Shown: positions 1-9,229 of the stretch, piece after piece | How positions within the stretch are numbered: the stretch's first letter is position 1 | How the letters are laid out: each line of letters starts with the position of its first letter | DNA from: a virus | Direction: 5' to 3' (one strand) | Virus record (IMG/VR): IMGVR_UViG_3300037246_002669 | Span: 30,913-94,912 of that record | Length of the DNA stretch: 64,000 bases | Made by a program: the position numbers and the translations under genes | Notes under the pieces: generated by a model | Seen by the model: only the letters and a program-made list of their open reading frames with translations | The model's database searches: none | Told to the model about the DNA's origin: nothing

Positions 1-788
1 TACCTGTTAATGGCCTCGTTGATCTCGTAGATCATACCGTCCAGCAATTCACACACTGGGCATACTCGCCTGTCATTCATTGCGACGACTTGCACTGTCT
101 TGACCCCATTTCGAATACCTTCTTGCAAGGCAGCATGATGCCAACAATAGCCAGACTGCACTTCACAGTTGGCCTCATGGTAAAAAGCAGGCATGAGCGG
201 GATGCGGGCAATTCGGGCTTGGAGTGCCGCCTTATCCACTAATCGTTTGGTCGGATCGGTACGCACTATCTCTTCCAGCCGCGTTATCTCATTTGTCATA
301 GCATCGGCGAGACCATATGCCATGATGGAATGCACGTTAACAGCATACGCCCTTGCTACGTAATCTTCCCATTCTTCCAGCGTAATTTTGGCTGCCTTGC
401 CTGATTGCACACGAACCCGTTCTTGTGACTTAATAATCACTTTCCGAAACACACCGGCCATTTCATCCCGGGCCGCATATCCAATGGATAATCCCATGTC
501 GAAAGGAATAGCAGCCAATGCCCCAGCTATGATCTGTGAATTCACTGAGAAGGTGTCACCGTCAACAATGAATGCATTTTTCACAGCATCCAGCGCCTCC
601 CCTATGACTTCGTTCGTCAGCCTGGAGAGTAGCATGGACAGTAGAATGGCTTCCGGTCCCCAGAACTTAATAGCCGGGTTGTCTTTCAGTGCCTCTTCTG
701 CCAGTTTGCCCACATTTCCTGATTTGATAGTGAACATGAGATCCACCGGGGTCATCTTGACAAATGACTCTTCAGTGGCTAATTTCAT
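1..788 (-). CDS. Phage head morphogenesis protein (SPP1 gp7 / Mu gpF-like), 3' end beyond window
   Basis: Not in the ORF track. Translated by hand from ATG at 788 (ATGA overlap with the portal stop): MKLATEESFVK...VVAMNDRRVCPVCELLDG, open to the window edge. The D-x-R-V-C-x2-C motif and position after the portal fit this family. Confidence 0.8.
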   Translation of the reverse strand, partial: MKLATEESFVKMTPVDLMFTIKSGNVGKLAEEALKDNPAIKFWGPEAILLSMLLSRLTNEVIGEALDAVKNAFIVDGDTFSVNSQIIAGALAAIPFDMGLSIGYAARDEMAGVFRKVIIKSQERVRVQSGKAAKITLEEWEDYVARAYAVNVHSIMAYGLADAMTNEITRLEEIVRTDPTKRLVDKAALQARIARIPLMPAFYHEANCEVQSGYCWHHAALQEGIRNGVKTVQVVAMNDRRVCPVCELLDGMIYEINEAINR

Positions 789-2536
789 GCGACTACTCCC
801 TTCTGTGCCGTTTCTTGCAGAAGGCACAAAGTTTTGTAAATGGTGATATCTTCAGAAGTGAATAGTGTACCTTCGGTTTTTTCGGCAGCATTCGAGGGAA
901 GCGTGAGCAGACTGGAAGAGGTGGTGTCAATCTTTTCAGCAATTTCCTCAATTCCTTTCAGTCTTCCCTGTTTTGCCAGTTCAAGGACAATAGGGAGGGG
1001 GTAACTTGCCCATTCCTGGTCGAAAATACTCATCTCCAGTCCGAATGCTTCGTTTGCCCTGGCAATGGCGTGGTTGACAGTGAAAGCCCCAACGTCAGCA
1101 AATGACTTTACACCGGCACTTGTATCTTTGGAGCCGACAATACGCGGTCCCATGGAGCAGAACTTCCAGTCGAGGACGTTAAACTCCTTAAAGACAAGAT
1201 GAAGGTTCACCCATGTATCGAAGTCTTCACGTTCCGGAATGAACACCTGTTCTTCAGCAACGGTCTGCGCAGCCTGTGCAGTTGCATGGGTATAACCATC
1301 ACTCTGCCCAAGGTAAAGATCAGGAAGACGAAAACGGTACCGGATAGTCTTGTAGGTGTCAGTTAAATACCGGTTAAACATGCCGTCTTCTGCCCTGTAC
1401 TCCCCGAGGGGTTTGATCTCGATTTTAGCCTGTCCCTTGTCATCCAACCCGACACTTTCTACATTCGATTCAAGCAGGAGGACTTTGTTCCAGTTTTCCA
1501 CTCCCCTCATGCCCAGGATCATGCTTTCCAGATCTTCTACGGATTCATCCGTAAGCGTTCCTCCACTTACAGTGATAACCATGGGAGGAATGCCTTGGGA
1601 ATCGAAAAGATCGTAGTTAACATACTGTGCCTTTCTTCTGCCTTTGATATCCAAAACAGCGCCGATCCACCGGGGAACCCCATAAGAACTTGTGCCGAAG
1701 TCCTCCCGGAAGTGTTTGATTTCTGAAGCAATGAAGAGTGGTTTCTTTTCTTTTTTGATGAGACTGATGTCTTCGGGAGTCAGGTACTTCCCTGTCATAT
1801 AGTCCATCACGCGCGGATCTCCATATTCCTTGAACCAGCGCAGCGTTCTCCCGTCTGGGCCAATCTGTGCAAATTTCCGGAAGGATTTACGCATCGTAAT
1901 ACGGACCACTTCCCCGTTACGACGAAGTGGAACTGTAACCTCTATGCGATTTCTGTCCACTCTGGTAAGCCGAATGTTCTTGAAAGGCAGGCGGAACATC
2001 ATCTGTATTTCTCCAACTGCGTTCCTCACAATTTCCACAGTAGAGTTACCTGTGCGCTCCAGATCCTTACGCAGTTTTTTGCGCACGGCCTTAAAATCTT
2101 CAGCATCGTTCACCTGCCCAAAGAAGTCAGCAAGTTTAACCCTGTTCTTCTTAGCGTTAGGTTCCTCTGCCATTTTCGTGTCTTCTCCCAGATAATGGAA
2201 GGTGTGCCCGAATCCGTCAACATTTTGCACCATGGCATCAATGTTTGACTGCAGGGCATCAGACTCTTCGTAGATTTCGAACAAACGACTGATATTGTAG
2301 GGAGGTTCAATCAAATTTTGAGCACCGTAGAAATCTACAAAAAGATCCTCGTCGAAATCTACAGCGCGGGAAAAAATTCCAGGAGTACCGGCATCCCCGT
2401 ATGCCTGTTCCAGTTTCTGAGCAATTCGCATTCGCATAGCTCTCAATTTTTGCCGGTTATCCTTACTGGTTGTGCCTGATATTTGCACTCCCGGCACAGG
2501 AGGGGCGTTTTTGGTTTTTACTACTTTCTCTGGCAT
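785..2536 (-). CDS. Phage portal protein (PBSX XkdE / HK97-type)
   Basis: 583 aa with portal-like motifs (DLERTGNSTVEIVRN, EIKHFR..YGVPRW, IPPMVITVSGG, FRLPDLYLG). AAGGAG RBS. Followed by a gp7-like gene. Confidence 0.85.
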   Translation of the reverse strand: MPEKVVKTKNAPPVPGVQISGTTSKDNRQKLRAMRMRIAQKLEQAYGDAGTPGIFSRAVDFDEDLFVDFYGAQNLIEPPYNISRLFEIYEESDALQSNIDAMVQNVDGFGHTFHYLGEDTKMAEEPNAKKNRVKLADFFGQVNDAEDFKAVRKKLRKDLERTGNSTVEIVRNAVGEIQMMFRLPFKNIRLTRVDRNRIEVTVPLRRNGEVVRITMRKSFRKFAQIGPDGRTLRWFKEYGDPRVMDYMTGKYLTPEDISLIKKEKKPLFIASEIKHFREDFGTSSYGVPRWIGAVLDIKGRRKAQYVNYDLFDSQGIPPMVITVSGGTLTDESVEDLESMILGMRGVENWNKVLLLESNVESVGLDDKGQAKIEIKPLGEYRAEDGMFNRYLTDTYKTIRYRFRLPDLYLGQSDGYTHATAQAAQTVAEEQVFIPEREDFDTWVNLHLVFKEFNVLDWKFCSMGPRIVGSKDTSAGVKSFADVGAFTVNHAIARANEAFGLEMSIFDQEWASYPLPIVLELAKQGRLKGIEEIAEKIDTTSSSLLTLPSNAAEKTEGTLFTSEDITIYKTLCLLQETAQKGVVA

Positions 2537-2615
2537 ATGACCGTATCTCCTTTATCTTCTGTAAAAAAAATGACTGCTACTTGTAGGTAACAGCCACACT
2601 ATAACTCAGGTTGCC

Positions 2616-5303
2616 TTACAGGTCAAAGTCTTTCATATCTGCCAAATTGGGGCCTATGGAAACATCGGAAAGTAATGGGACACTCAACTTTATTCCAAAA
2701 TCCCTTTCGATGGGAGGATTCTCCAATGCGGTTTTGATAATTCTTGCGTAGTATGGTAGATCAGCATCGGCCTTGACTTCGTAAACAAGTTCATCATGAA
2801 TGAACAGGATAGGACGGAAAATCTCAGGGTCATGGCCTTGTTTCCGAATTTCATTTGCTGCCATGAGTACCACATCCGACGAAGGGGCCTGTATAGGATG
2901 GTTAATCGCCTGCCGTTCAGCCTCCCCCCTTATGTAGGGATCATTTGAATTGATTTCAGGCAATCTACGTTTCCGTCCCAATGGAGAGATAACATAACCA
3001 TGACGCCTGCAAAAATCAATGGTATCCCGGTGAAAAGTTTTAATACGTTTGTAGTTCCCAAAGAATTTGGCGATCCATGACTCCGCTTGATCTATGGTAA
3101 GGGCAAGTCCGTACTCTTGTTTTGCATATTGCACAAAACCCTTTGCGCTCATTCCGAACACTAATCCAAAGTTAACCGGCTTGGCATTCTGCCGGGCCTT
3201 TTTCTTTTCCTTGTCATTCATATTATTCCACTTGGCACCACTTAGTACTTTGCCAGTAGCCACATGAATGTCCTCCCCGGACCGGAATACTTTAATCATG
3301 GCAGGATCGCGGGACTGGTGGGCAAGCCACCTCAACTCAGACTGGGATTCATCAGCAGCTAACAGAACGTATCCTGGTTTGGCGGCAATAAGACTTCGGA
3401 CAATTCGCGCGGAAGGGCCTCGCTTGGGTATGTTCATTAAATTTGGGTCCGATGAATTTATTCTCCCGGTAACTGCCATGCACATACCGTATCTGGTATG
3501 AATACGCCCATCTGCCTTGATCGCTTTTTTGAATCCCCGTAGGTAGCGACTCCACAAAGTATGGTACATTTTGAACAACTCAAGGTTTTCCAGGAATGTT
3601 CTTGCTTTGGGAGGCAAGCGCATATCCAGCAGTAACTTTCTAACATTCTTATCAACACTGGGTTCTTTGGCCTTAGTGCGTTTGATTACTTTCAGCCCGT
3701 ATCCCTCGTCGGAAAACAGAATATCCCGCACTAACGTATCCCTCGTGAACTTTATGCCTTTGGCCTGATGGACTTCTTTCTCCAGTACCTCCCTGGGAAT
3801 GCATCCTGAGCACTGTACAGCAGCATCCTCCATGAGTAAAGCAACTTCTTTGGTGGCAATGGGGAGTTGATCCTTATCCACATATGCGCCGATTTCCTCC
3901 ATTTCGAAAAGGGTATGTAGCGTAGGCATGGCAAATGTCTTAAAATAGTGTAGTGCCTCGGTCTCGTTTCGTTCTTTGAGAAACCGCATCATGTTATGAT
4001 AAGCCTGAAAGGTCACATCGGTATCGGCGCACGCGTACTGGGTTCTCTCATCCAGGGGAACGGCTATCATGTCCCCCTTTTCGTACTTGGCCCCAAATTC
4101 GGAGTTATAGTTCCCTTTCATGGTCGTGAAACTTTTTTGCACCTGTTCCAGACTCGCCATCTTGTAGATATTTTCTTCTATCAAATGGGCAAGCACCTGC
4201 AACTCTGCCTCCCATCCCCTAATAGGAATACTGACTTTCGAAATTCGACGGAAGAGAGTCCGAAAAACATGATAATCGAATGCACCATTGAGGAAGGACT
4301 TCTTTATATCCTCATTCAGGAGCAACTGTGCCAACTCCCTTACTTTTTGCGCGAAGTCGGGTGTCTGTCTTGCCCCGATTGTAACCTCCTCTTTCTTCCG
4401 TTTGCCTTTCTCGTTAATTGCCCACCGATCCTGTTGCCACTGGATCACACACTCGTCGGAGTTGGGATCACATTCTTCATAAAATGTGATACTGTATCCG
4501 GTTCCGGTTTCGTAAGTCAGACTGTAACTGATCATGACATATTCGGGATTTGCCCAGTCGAGCCCCTGCCCCTCAGTATCCAGGCCGATTAATTTCCCTT
4601 CGAGAAAATCAGCCCAGTCTTCTCCCATCGGGCGTTCACTGTCAGTTCGGACCATCCGTACTCCGGGTTTTGGTTTCTTTTTTGGACGGTGCATCTCCGC
4701 CAGCGAAGTTATCTCACGGTAGGATGAATTGGTTTCGATTACTGGCGGTTGAAAGTCATTCTCTATCAGTTCCGATAACATCCGGATGTCTTCAATCAAC
4801 TGGGCTTCCATCGCCATGTTGCGCATAATGAAATTGGGGTGCAAGGTAGCGATCACCCAGCAGGCGAACTCCTCGTTCCAGAACCACTGCCCGCGATTTT
4901 TCTTAATGCCGGACTTTCTCATGATCTGCCTGAATGCGAAATCTCCTGCACACAAAATAACCTTGGGTTTCACTTGATAGATAACCGATTCGATGTAATG
5001 GCGGCAACTACTCAGTGTAGCAGTGACTTCTTTCCCGGATAATGTCCTTTTGTCCATTACACACCTGGACGCGGTCACGATAAACATTTCTCGCCAGTTG
5101 ATACCATGTTGCTGGAGACGACTTTTCATCATCTCCCCACTATCTCCCTGTAAATGACCATCCCTTCCATGACTGCCACGCCCAAAAAAAGCGGGGGAAT
5201 CGTCCACCAGTAATATATCGGCAGTGCGACTCCCCATGTAATACTTCTTCTGTACAGCTCCATGAAGGGGGCAATCGTGAAATTTACACTCTCTACTCAT
5301 CAC
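2616..5303 (-). CDS. polA: Family A DNA polymerase with N-terminal family-4 UDG-like domain and 3'-5' exonuclease
   Basis: ExoI GLDTEG, ExoII NGAFD, ExoIII YACAD. TGRINSSDPNLMNIP. Motif A ADESQSELR, motif B RQNAKPVNFG, motif C IHDEL. N-terminal CPL and TLHP features of UDG family 4. Confidence 0.95.
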   Translation of the reverse strand: MMSRECKFHDCPLHGAVQKKYYMGSRTADILLVDDSPAFFGRGSHGRDGHLQGDSGEMMKSRLQQHGINWREMFIVTASRCVMDKRTLSGKEVTATLSSCRHYIESVIYQVKPKVILCAGDFAFRQIMRKSGIKKNRGQWFWNEEFACWVIATLHPNFIMRNMAMEAQLIEDIRMLSELIENDFQPPVIETNSSYREITSLAEMHRPKKKPKPGVRMVRTDSERPMGEDWADFLEGKLIGLDTEGQGLDWANPEYVMISYSLTYETGTGYSITFYEECDPNSDECVIQWQQDRWAINEKGKRKKEEVTIGARQTPDFAQKVRELAQLLLNEDIKKSFLNGAFDYHVFRTLFRRISKVSIPIRGWEAELQVLAHLIEENIYKMASLEQVQKSFTTMKGNYNSEFGAKYEKGDMIAVPLDERTQYACADTDVTFQAYHNMMRFLKERNETEALHYFKTFAMPTLHTLFEMEEIGAYVDKDQLPIATKEVALLMEDAAVQCSGCIPREVLEKEVHQAKGIKFTRDTLVRDILFSDEGYGLKVIKRTKAKEPSVDKNVRKLLLDMRLPPKARTFLENLELFKMYHTLWSRYLRGFKKAIKADGRIHTRYGMCMAVTGRINSSDPNLMNIPKRGPSARIVRSLIAAKPGYVLLAADESQSELRWLAHQSRDPAMIKVFRSGEDIHVATGKVLSGAKWNNMNDKEKKKARQNAKPVNFGLVFGMSAKGFVQYAKQEYGLALTIDQAESWIAKFFGNYKRIKTFHRDTIDFCRRHGYVISPLGRKRRLPEINSNDPYIRGEAERQAINHPIQAPSSDVVLMAANEIRKQGHDPEIFRPILFIHDELVYEVKADADLPYYARIIKTALENPPIERDFGIKLSVPLLSDVSIGPNLADMKDFDL

Positions 5304-5332
5304 GCTGTCTCCTCATTAATCAACTGCAGCCA

Positions 5333-6091
5333 TTACTCTACGGGACACGGAAGCCCGGATCTGTCAACGCACCCCAGCATACTAACCACATTCATATCTG
5401 TTACTCCGTGGTTAGTTACCCTGCCGATAAGGATGTTATTTTCCAGGGAACCGTACTCGGCGAAAAAACGAACTGACTTGAACCGTAATTTCAAGTAATC
5501 CGTGTAGTATGCATTCACCAGAACTCCTGTCTCTCTCTCTTCATCACATAGCCACACATAATCGGGGTACGCATATCGAGAAACCACCCACATATGGGGC
5601 GTGACTTCGACCAACTTCTTTTTCATGACCTCCGTACTCAACTTGTCCGTAATACGAGAAAGTGTCCCAACGGGGGTTTTGATGGCCTTCATCTTTGTAA
5701 TATGTCGGGCGAAGATAACCATGCCAAGATTAGCGCAGAAGTGCTTCTGCTGGAAGGTGCCCTTCCACCACTTGTTATCAGGGTGGTCTTCGAATAGTGC
5801 CGTAAGGATCTCCTCTTTGGTACGTGCCCTTCTGGTATCCCATGCAACTCCTTTCTTGAGATTTTCCAGCCGCTCCGCCAATTTTACTGAGATCTCGATC
5901 CCAAAGGGAGTCAATTTACCAAGACCGCAAATTAAATCCTGTCTGTGCAAATTTTTGGTGATTTCATCCTCTGACAACTGGGGACTCTCCTCAGTATGGG
6001 AAGCAAGTGCGTCCATTTCCATACGAGACAATTTTAAACTCATTATATTTATTCCTCCATTGGGTTTTACCCCATCATAGCCCCGGTTCAA
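5333..6091 (-). CDS. Hypothetical protein (true start probably MSLKL, ~6043)
   Basis: Long ORF on the coding strand, with GGAGG upstream of the internal Met. Confidence 0.6.
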   Translation of the reverse strand: MNRGYDGVKPNGGINIMSLKLSRMEMDALASHTEESPQLSEDEITKNLHRQDLICGLGKLTPFGIEISVKLAERLENLKKGVAWDTRRARTKEEILTALFEDHPDNKWWKGTFQQKHFCANLGMVIFARHITKMKAIKTPVGTLSRITDKLSTEVMKKKLVEVTPHMWVVSRYAYPDYVWLCDEERETGVLVNAYYTDYLKLRFKSVRFFAEYGSLENNILIGRVTNHGVTDMNVVSMLGCVDRSGLPCPVE

Positions 6092-6111
6092 AGTAATTTC
6101 AAATTTGCAAT

Positions 6112-7089
6112 TTATTGCAAATAACTCGCAACTGTTGCCCCAAGTCCTTCCGTAAATCCTACCTGCGGGCGATATTTGAGTTGATCTTTGGCCTTATAGA
6201 TATCAGCCTTGGAATGTTTGATATCCCCGATTCTATCCGATGTATGTTCGAATTTCCGGTCAACTCCAGTTATGCTGGAAATGGCAGACACAAGGTCATT
6301 CAATGTATGAGATTCTCCCATAGCAATATTATAGGATTCTCCACTGGGTAACCCTGCTATTGTCAGCATAGCTTTGAGATTTGCGTGAACTACATTGTCC
6401 ACATAGGTAAAATCGCGGGACTGTTTTCCGTCTCCATGGATCTTAAACTTGTAATCCCCATCACGGCACGCCCGGATGATTTTGGGAATCACGGCAGCGT
6501 ACTCGGACTGGTCCGACTGTCGGGGACCAAACACATTGAAGTAACGCAAACACACTGTGGACAGTCCATGCATCTTCCAGTACATGTGCATGTACTCTTC
6601 AGATATGCACTTCTGCGCGGCATAGGGTGTTTTGGGGTTGAATGGCAGGGTTTCCATTTTGAATTCACAGTCCACATCTCCATACACCGAAGAGGACGAA
6701 GAGAACACAACTCTCTGCACTCCTGCAGACTTACAAGCATGCAATAGGGCAAGTGTACTTGTGGAGTTCGCCTTGTGGCTGTCCATGGGTTCCACAATGG
6801 ACCTGGGAACCGAACCCAATGCAGCTACATGAAATACATAGCGACATCCGGACACTGCCAGTGCCGTGGCAACTTCATCTTCCACGTTGCCTATAATCAC
6901 TCGGGGAGAGGAAACATCAAGTCTTTTTCCGTCCTCGCCCATCATTGCAGCCTCGACGTTCTCCATACTTCCGGTGGATAAATTGTCCAGTATGACAACT
7001 TCATATCCATACTTCAGCAAATGGTGCACCAAATGAGAGCCAATGAACCCGGCCCCTCCGGTAACGAGAACTTTTATATTATCACTCAT
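6112..7089 (-). CDS. NAD-dependent epimerase, WbpP-type UDP-GlcNAc 4-epimerase (extended SDR)
   Basis: VLVTGGAGFIGSH Rossmann motif, AALGSVPRSI, SSSSVYGD, YAAQK (YxxxK), LRYFNVFGPRQ..YAAVIPK, GDGKQSRDF, GDIKHS. These closely parallel WbpP. Start moved to MSDNIK (GAGGA RBS). Confidence 0.9.
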   Translation of the reverse strand: MSDNIKVLVTGGAGFIGSHLVHHLLKYGYEVVILDNLSTGSMENVEAAMMGEDGKRLDVSSPRVIIGNVEDEVATALAVSGCRYVFHVAALGSVPRSIVEPMDSHKANSTSTLALLHACKSAGVQRVVFSSSSSVYGDVDCEFKMETLPFNPKTPYAAQKCISEEYMHMYWKMHGLSTVCLRYFNVFGPRQSDQSEYAAVIPKIIRACRDGDYKFKIHGDGKQSRDFTYVDNVVHANLKAMLTIAGLPSGESYNIAMGESHTLNDLVSAISSITGVDRKFEHTSDRIGDIKHSKADIYKAKDQLKYRPQVGFTEGLGATVASYLQ

Positions 7090-7091
7090 CT

Positions 7092-8021
7092 TTATCCTCT
7101 TTTCCATGTATCGGCCCACTCTCGAATGTCGTAAATGGCCTGTTTCTTGATATACTCGCGGTGTTCTCCACATTTACGAGTTACTTCCTCCAATACGGAA
7201 CGGTGATGTCGGTTACTTCCACGCATACTGTCCGCGTGCTTTGCCGCCAAGGACTTTCCACCAAAGAGGTAAGTGGCGATAAGGCGATTTCTGTTAAAAT
7301 CATCGGCATTCCACGAGTATCCCCTTTTCTCCCCGTGGTGGTGCAATGGAAGAGAATTAACGATCCACTTCCGCATCCCGAGAACTGCCATGGTAAAGTT
7401 AATGAAGTTTTCCCCACCTCCATAGATGCCAAACTCCGGGTGCCATCCACCTAACTTCTCATAAATGGAACGGTGCATCATCATACCGCAGGTACTCATG
7501 CAGGGCACTTCTGTAACGGAATTGCCGGGATCTCTGAAACTGCAGAAAGTATAATGGAAGACTCCCTCATTCCTTTTATCCACGAGAGAATACTGCAGCC
7601 GCTTCTCCTCCATGATGTGATAAGTTAAGGGCAAATGGAAGGTGCCATTCATGTAATACTTTTTGTCACTCAGGTACGCATGGAACATGTTCCGCAAGAC
7701 TCCGCGTGGGACATAGCAATGAGCATCACAAAACCAGAATACATCACCGGTTGCATGTTGTATGGCAAAGTTCTTTGCTTGCCAGTGAGACAACTTGTCG
7801 GTATACCGGAGGTTGATGATGTTCTTGTGTTGCCTTTTTATCTCCTCCATGTAAGGCCAGCACCGATCAGACTCCCTGCCGATATTGGGACAGTGAGAAT
7901 TATCAACTGCAATCAACTCCCACTCAAAAGGAGCCTCCCTCAGTTCCTCGATTATACTACGCAAGGTGAACGGAAGAACTGGCCACTCGTTAGCGTAAGG
8001 CACTATCACTGATAGTTTCAA
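7092..8021 (-). CDS. GT-A glycosyltransferase (GT2/GT27-like) with polypeptide GalNAc-transferase-like motifs
   Basis: SVIVP..NE, VDN, KN.AIQHATGD, a DAHC (DxH) metal motif, and GGWHPEFGIYGGGEN resembling the WGGEN Gal/GalNAc-T motif. Confidence 0.85.
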   Translation of the reverse strand: MKLSVIVPYANEWPVLPFTLRSIIEELREAPFEWELIAVDNSHCPNIGRESDRCWPYMEEIKRQHKNIINLRYTDKLSHWQAKNFAIQHATGDVFWFCDAHCYVPRGVLRNMFHAYLSDKKYYMNGTFHLPLTYHIMEEKRLQYSLVDKRNEGVFHYTFCSFRDPGNSVTEVPCMSTCGMMMHRSIYEKLGGWHPEFGIYGGGENFINFTMAVLGMRKWIVNSLPLHHHGEKRGYSWNADDFNRNRLIATYLFGGKSLAAKHADSMRGSNRHHRSVLEEVTRKCGEHREYIKKQAIYDIREWADTWKRG

Positions 8022-8427
8022 AATTTGCTCCTCCTTTTCTTAATCCTCTCAACTGCAGCAGGGCAGCTTTGAATGCGGGAAATCCCATTATAAGGGAGGG
8101 AGTTCCCAGTGCAGCAATATCTTCAATGCGAAGTGATGCAAAATGCACTACAGTTGTCTGAATACCCCTTATCTGATAAGGAGCCATGTACTTTCCTTTG
8201 TGATACTTTAGGAAACCCTTACTTTTCTTGTAGTGCCCGTAATAGTCAATTGCAAATGAAATTTCATGGGGATGTACTTCGCCAATTTTCTTCCCGAATG
8301 CAGTTACGGCAAGTTTTCCCTGGCGCACGGATAGCATCTCCACTTTGCCAAGTTTCCCAGTAGCAATACCGTCAATTATCATGTTTTCCAGTTTCTGCAG
8401 ATACTCCTCGAATGACATGGTATTCAT
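7990..8427 (-). CDS. Hypothetical protein within the glycosylation cluster
   Basis: ORF between two GT genes. AAGGAG RBS before MNTMS. Confidence 0.6.
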   Translation of the reverse strand: MNTMSFEEYLQKLENMIIDGIATGKLGKVEMLSVRQGKLAVTAFGKKIGEVHPHEISFAIDYYGHYKKSKGFLKYHKGKYMAPYQIRGIQTTVVHFASLRIEDIAALGTPSLIMGFPAFKAALLQLRGLRKGGANFETISDSALR

Positions 8428-8441
8428 TAGATTTACTCCTT

Positions 8442-9200
8442 TTACAGATGCAGACCGAACTCTTCTGCATAGTCCTCCACTTCCTGTGTTACACGGTCCA
8501 CGGTAATCTCTTTCATACATATTTTGTCACTGATACAAGGACGGGGACTGTAACATCCCTCGGAGCACGACTTTGTGTTGACGATATTCCGGTGTACTGA
8601 ATATCCCGACCACATGGGCAACGCAAATCCGCCGAAAATTACCACTGCAGGAGTTTCTACAGCACGGGCGATGTGCGAGATGGCCCCTTCCGCACATACT
8701 ACCATTTTCAAGGAGGAAATGTGCTGCACAAGTTGTTTGACATCGTGGAACTTCGGGATGGGAGCGAAGCCGGTCTGTACTGCCAGTTCGTCAAATTCAT
8801 CCCATACTTTTTTACCATGCCACTGTCTCTTATGCATAACCTGAACTCCAACATTTTTGAACTTGTCCCTCTCCTCCCGATAGCAGTATATCTCAGGTCT
8901 AAGCACGGGATCGCAGTTGAAGAGCAGATCATATGCTTCTTTCACAATGCAAAAATCTGATATGATATGATGCACCCCGGGAGCTACTGCATGGATTGGA
9001 TCTGGGTATCCCAGAAATACGCCAGCGTTAACTCTCCCCACTTGATCCACATAGGGATTTCTTTCCAGCAACTGTGGATAATTGGTGTTAACCACCACTT
9101 TGCAATCGGGATAGACTTCCTTAACCCGTCGCAGAGTAGGGGTAACGAAAAGAAGATCACCGATACCATTGAATGATTTAATCGTAACTACCTTACCCAT
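8442..9200 (-). CDS. GT9 family glycosyltransferase (heptosyltransferase-like, GT-B)
   Basis: GIGDLLFVTP.LR, NPYVD, EGAISHIARAVETPAVVIFG and a C-terminal CM..ITV motif typical of GT9. Confidence 0.85.
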   Translation of the reverse strand: MGKVVTIKSFNGIGDLLFVTPTLRRVKEVYPDCKVVVNTNYPQLLERNPYVDQVGRVNAGVFLGYPDPIHAVAPGVHHIISDFCIVKEAYDLLFNCDPVLRPEIYCYREERDKFKNVGVQVMHKRQWHGKKVWDEFDELAVQTGFAPIPKFHDVKQLVQHISSLKMVVCAEGAISHIARAVETPAVVIFGGFALPMWSGYSVHRNIVNTKSCSEGCYSPRPCISDKICMKEITVDRVTQEVEDYAEEFGLHL

Positions 9201-9229
9201 AATAGGAACTCCTCCTGCGTGCGGTTAGT

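Noticed and set aside
2616-5303. Intein or intron in the polymerase
   Set aside because: Insertions in the exonuclease region are short and lack intein terminal motifs. The ORF is continuous.
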